Shown: positions 36,946-39,971 of the stretch, piece by piece
How positions within the stretch are numbered: position 1 is the first letter of the stretch
Layout: every line of letters starts with the position of its first letter
Source of the DNA: a gamma proteobacterium symbiont of Lucinoma myriamae
GTDB taxonomy: Bacteria > Pseudomonadota > Gammaproteobacteria > GRL18
NCBI GenBank assembly: GCA_025655635.1
Contig: JAHXIM010000086.1
Location: forward strand, 1-39,971
Reading direction: 5' to 3'
Length of the DNA: 39,971 nucleotides
Program-made: the position numbers and the translations under genes
Notes under the pieces: generated by a model
What the model was told of the DNA's origin: nothing
The model's input: the letters and a program-made list of their open reading frames with translations, nothing else
Databases searched by the model: none

Positions 36946-37021
36946 AAAAAAGTGTAACAAGCCTAAGTAAAAACTGATAATATACTGTCTTTCGCAACGA
37001 AAGAACAATGATATCCAGACA

Positions 37022-37046
37022 TTTTTATGCAACTGATGCATAAAAA
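37022..37046. promoter_or_regulatory. Palindromic candidate operator in the divergent uvrA/MFS spacer
   Basis: Perfect TTTTTATGCA-N5-TGCATAAAAA. Confidence 0.4.
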
Positions 37047-37078
37047 AATAATGACTGAAATAAAGACCCATATTGTAA

Positions 37079-38476
37079 ATGAAAGAAAACGAGATAGATA
37101 AACTAAATCCAACCGAAAAGCGAGCAGCAGCTTCGCTTGCCAGTATTTATTCCCTGCGTATGCTTGGACTGTTCATGATTTTTCCTGTGTTCTCACTCTA
37201 TGGTCAGCAGCTTGAGGGAAATACACCCTTGTTAATCGGTCTGGCTATCGGTGCTTATGGTCTGACACAGGCTATTTTTCAAATTCCATTTGGTATGTTG
37301 TCAGACAAAATTGGTCGTAAACCGGTTATTGTTATGGGAATGCTGATTTTTGCTTTAGGCAGTGTGGTTGCCGCCATGGCTGATTCCATTTACGGTGTTA
37401 TTTTCGGGCGAATTATTCAGGGAAGCGGGGCAGTTGCAGCCGCTGTTATGGCACTGGCTGCCGATCTCACACGGGAAGAACATCGTCTGAAGATCATGGC
37501 AACTATCGGTATGAGTATCGGTTTTGCTTTTGCTGTGGCAATGGTCGCAGGCTCTGTTTTGAATGAAATGATTGGTGTTGACGGTATGTTCTGGCTGACC
37601 GCTGTGTTTGCATTGATGGGGGTGGCTGTGACCTTGTTTTGGGTTCCTGATGCCCCGAGATCGTTTCATAGAGAAACAGAACCAGTACCTGAGCAATTTA
37701 AGTCTATATTAAAAGATCACCAGCTGTTGCGCTTAGACGCAGGTATTATGATTTTGCACATGGTACTGACAGCGACTTTTTTGGTGATTCCAATTGCTTT
37801 AGTTAATGAACAACATGCCAACCTGGCATCATCTGAACACTGGAAAATATATCTGCCTGTTATGATACTGGCAATGGGACTGATGATACCCTTTATCATA
37901 ATTGCTGAGAGCAAACGCAGAATGAAAGAGGTTTTTAATGGTGCGATTGTGGTCATTGCTCTGTCAGAATTAGGTTTCTGGGCATTTAATGATTCAATTT
38001 TGGGTTTATCATTTTTTATTCTGATCTTTTTTGCTGCATTTAATGTGCTTGAAGCTTCCTTACCCTCTCTGATTGCCAAAATGTCACCCTCAGAGGCCAA
38101 AGGCACTGCCATGGGTATTTATAGTACCAGCCAGTTTTTTGGTGCATTTTTAGGTGGAGTCATTGGTGGAAAGATACTGGGCTTATATGGTATAAATGGT
38201 GTTTTCCTATTTGCTATGCTGATTACACTCGTGTGGAGCCTTATTGCTCTGACAATGAAAAGTCCCCGTTATTTGAGTTCGTTTGTTGTAAAACTAAGCT
38301 CAGTAAAAACAGAAGATATTTCACATGTGACGGCAGAGCTGACAAGGATCTGTGGTGTTGCTGAAGCAGTAGTGATCCCCGAAGATGGTGCGGCTTATTT
38401 AAAAGTAGAGCTGCATGCTTTGGATAAATTAAAACTAAAAGAATTTTCAAAAAGATATTCAGAAGAGGATGAGTAA
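37079..38476 (+). CDS. yajR: MFS transporter, YajR-like
   Basis: MFS motif A ([10 protein letters not shown]), SLRMLGLFM, about 12 TM segments, soluble C-terminal YAM-like domain (GVAEAVV...AYLKV); uvrA-MFS-ssb synteny. Confidence 0.85.
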   Translation: MKENEIDKLNPTEKRAAASLASIYSLRMLGLFMIFPVFSLYGQQLEGNTPLLIGLAIGAYGLTQAIFQIPFGMLSDKIGRKPVIVMGMLIFALGSVVAAMADSIYGVIFGRIIQGSGAVAAAVMALAADLTREEHRLKIMATIGMSIGFAFAVAMVAGSVLNEMIGVDGMFWLTAVFALMGVAVTLFWVPDAPRSFHRETEPVPEQFKSILKDHQLLRLDAGIMILHMVLTATFLVIPIALVNEQHANLASSEHWKIYLPVMILAMGLMIPFIIIAESKRRMKEVFNGAIVVIALSELGFWAFNDSILGLSFFILIFFAAFNVLEASLPSLIAKMSPSEAKGTAMGIYSTSQFFGAFLGGVIGGKILGLYGINGVFLFAMLITLVWSLIALTMKSPRYLSSFVVKLSSVKTEDISHVTAELTRICGVAEAVVIPEDGAAYLKVELHALDKLKLKEFSKRYSEEDE

Positions 38477-39003
38477 TGGCTGGAGTAAATAAGGTAATAT
38501 TAGTTGGAAGATTGGGAAAAGATCCAGAAGTAAGATATACACCAGATAATAGAGCAATTGCCAATATTACACTGGCAACTTCTGAGTCCTGGAAAGATAA
38601 AAATACTGGCCAGAGGCAGGAAAAAACTGAATGGCATCGTGTGGTCTTTTTTGGTGGTGTTGCAGGTGTTGTGGGAGAATATCTGCGTAAAGGTTCACAG
38701 ATTTATCTTGAGGGAAAATTACAAACAAGAAAATGGCAGGATCAAAGTGGTCAGGATCGCTATACCACTGAGGTTGTTGTCGATAGTTTTAATGGTGTTA
38801 TGCAAATGCTTGATAGTCGCACTGGCGGTGATACTGCTTTTGCTCAGGGCGGTGGCAATCAACCTAATCAGAACCCCCAGCAAAACCAGACACCCCAGCA
38901 GCAGGCTTCCCAACCAAATCAGACGTCGCAGCAACAGCAGCCACAATCTCCTCCTGCTAGTCAGCCGTTTGAAGATGAATTTGATGATGATATTCCCTTC
39001 TAG
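38476..39003 (+). CDS. ssb: Single-stranded DNA-binding protein
   Basis: [25 protein letters not shown]-rich linker, C-terminal DDDIPF; TAATG overlap with the MFS gene. Confidence 0.99.
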   Translation: MAGVNKVILVGRLGKDPEVRYTPDNRAIANITLATSESWKDKNTGQRQEKTEWHRVVFFGGVAGVVGEYLRKGSQIYLEGKLQTRKWQDQSGQDRYTTEVVVDSFNGVMQMLDSRTGGDTAFAQGGGNQPNQNPQQNQTPQQQASQPNQTSQQQQPQSPPASQPFEDEFDDDIPF

Positions 39004-39035
39004 GCCGAAAAATTGTAAAAATGTAAAGTTTTACT

Positions 39036-39069
39036 AGAAAGCCCTCTACTAGAGGGCTTTCTTATTTTT
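39036..39069. terminator. Intrinsic terminator between ssb and the convergent ADH gene
   Basis: AGAAAGCCCTCT-ACT-AGAGGGCTTTCT followed by TATTTTT. Confidence 0.88.
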
Positions 39070-39075
39070 ATCACT

Positions 39076-39888
39076 CTAAAGCCCGGAACGAACCAGCTGT
39101 TCTTTTTCTGCCTGAATTAATATAATTGGATTGGTCTGCATACTGCTGGGGCTGATATTGTTAACCAGCCTGGGAATATCTGCTTCGGTAACACCATAGG
39201 CTGATAAGGGCTCTAATGCCATTTGTCGGCTCCAGTCTGATAATAGTTCCAGCAATTTATTCTGAGCGTCTATATCACTGAGATCACTTTGCTGAGTTAA
39301 TAAGCGGCCAATTTGAGCATATCGCTGCAGGCCGCAATTATGTGGTTCTCGCTTACGCATGGCATTAATGTTAATACGGGTGGCTTCCGCTAATACTGTG
39401 CCACAGGCAATGCCATGAGGTATGGGGAAAAAAGCCCCTAAGGGTGAGGCCAGGCCATGAACACTGCCTAAACCCACCTGAGCCAGTGTAATGCCGGAAA
39501 TTAATGCAGCGTAGGCCATTTTAGCTCTGGCTTGTTTTATATCATCAGTTTGTTTATTTGTGTCAGAGTGATACCAGAGTAATAAACTATCACGCACCGA
39601 TTCTATGTCGCTTAGTGCTAATGCATCAGTAAATGGGTTGGCCTTTGTGGATAAATAAGACTCCATGAGTTGTGTTAATGCATCCATGCCATTGGCAGCA
39701 ATAAGGGCTTTTGGACAACTTTCCAGAAGATCCGGATCAATAATGGCATACTGAGGGATTAATAGTTCATCACGAAAGGATTTTTTATAGCCTTTCTCAC
39801 CGCTCTCATTGTTGCCTTTCAGATCACTGAGTACAGAATTTTTAGTGGCTTCACTGCCTGTGCCTGCTGTGGTTGGCACTGCAATAAA
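39076..39888 (-). pseudogene. Iron-containing alcohol dehydrogenase family, C-terminal ~270 codons; probably interrupted at 39889
   Basis: FIAVPTTAGTGSEAT, IIDPDL, GMDALTQ and GSVHG...PHG motifs give a confident family call; the in-frame upstream peptide does not look ADH-like, so the disruption is inferred. Confidence 0.6.
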
Positions 39889-39971
39889 CCTAAAAAACGC
39901 AGTAGCCCATGCAACGACATAATATCCAGCACCAAACTTCTCATAATTGAACTGTTTTTCTCTAGGCTGGA
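39889..39971. mobile_element. Possible terminus of an insertion sequence
   Basis: Abrupt loss of ADH-like coding sequence; the segment begins CCTAAAAAACGCAGT after an AT-rich ATAAA site, like CC-ended IS termini; no transposase visible in the window. Confidence 0.35.

Noticed and set aside
36974-36989. Possible LexA (SOS) box CTGATAATATACTG upstream of uvrA
   Set aside because: The second half-site is CTG, not CAG, so it is not the CTGT-N8-ACAG palindrome
38860-38965. CAG/CAA-rich repeats in ssb
   Set aside because: Normal disordered SSB linker
38558-39037. 159-aa overlapping ORF in an alternate frame of ssb
   Set aside because: No SD or motif; explained by the low-complexity Gln/Pro linker of SSB

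Overview
An AT-rich gammaproteobacterial core-genome region. It carries the contiguous transcription/translation supercluster tRNA-Thr-tuf-tRNA-Trp-secE-nusG-rplKAJL-rpoBC-rpsLG-fusA-tuf-S10-spc-alpha (ending at rplQ). This is followed by uvrA (minus strand), a YajR-like MFS transporter, ssb, and the 3' part of an iron-containing alcohol dehydrogenase gene. Gene content is ordinary housekeeping, and I found no new protein-coding system. Two small genes missed by the ORF track were recovered (rpmD, rpmJ) and several start codons were corrected. The points worth a second look are mostly non-coding: (1) expanded, hairpin-filled spacers inside normally compact r-protein operons; (2) promoters whose -10 box sits inside an inverted repeat; (3) a terminator/anti-terminator pair before rpoB; (4) a direct-repeat-flanked hairpin and a separate promoter between fusA and tuf; (5) a possibly leaderless uvrA with no LexA box; (6) a ~26-aa insertion in RNA polymerase beta'; (7) an apparent foreign (IS-like) end interrupting the alcohol dehydrogenase gene at the window edge. 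All structures were read by eye, and comparisons with E. coli and other species are from memory, not from searches.
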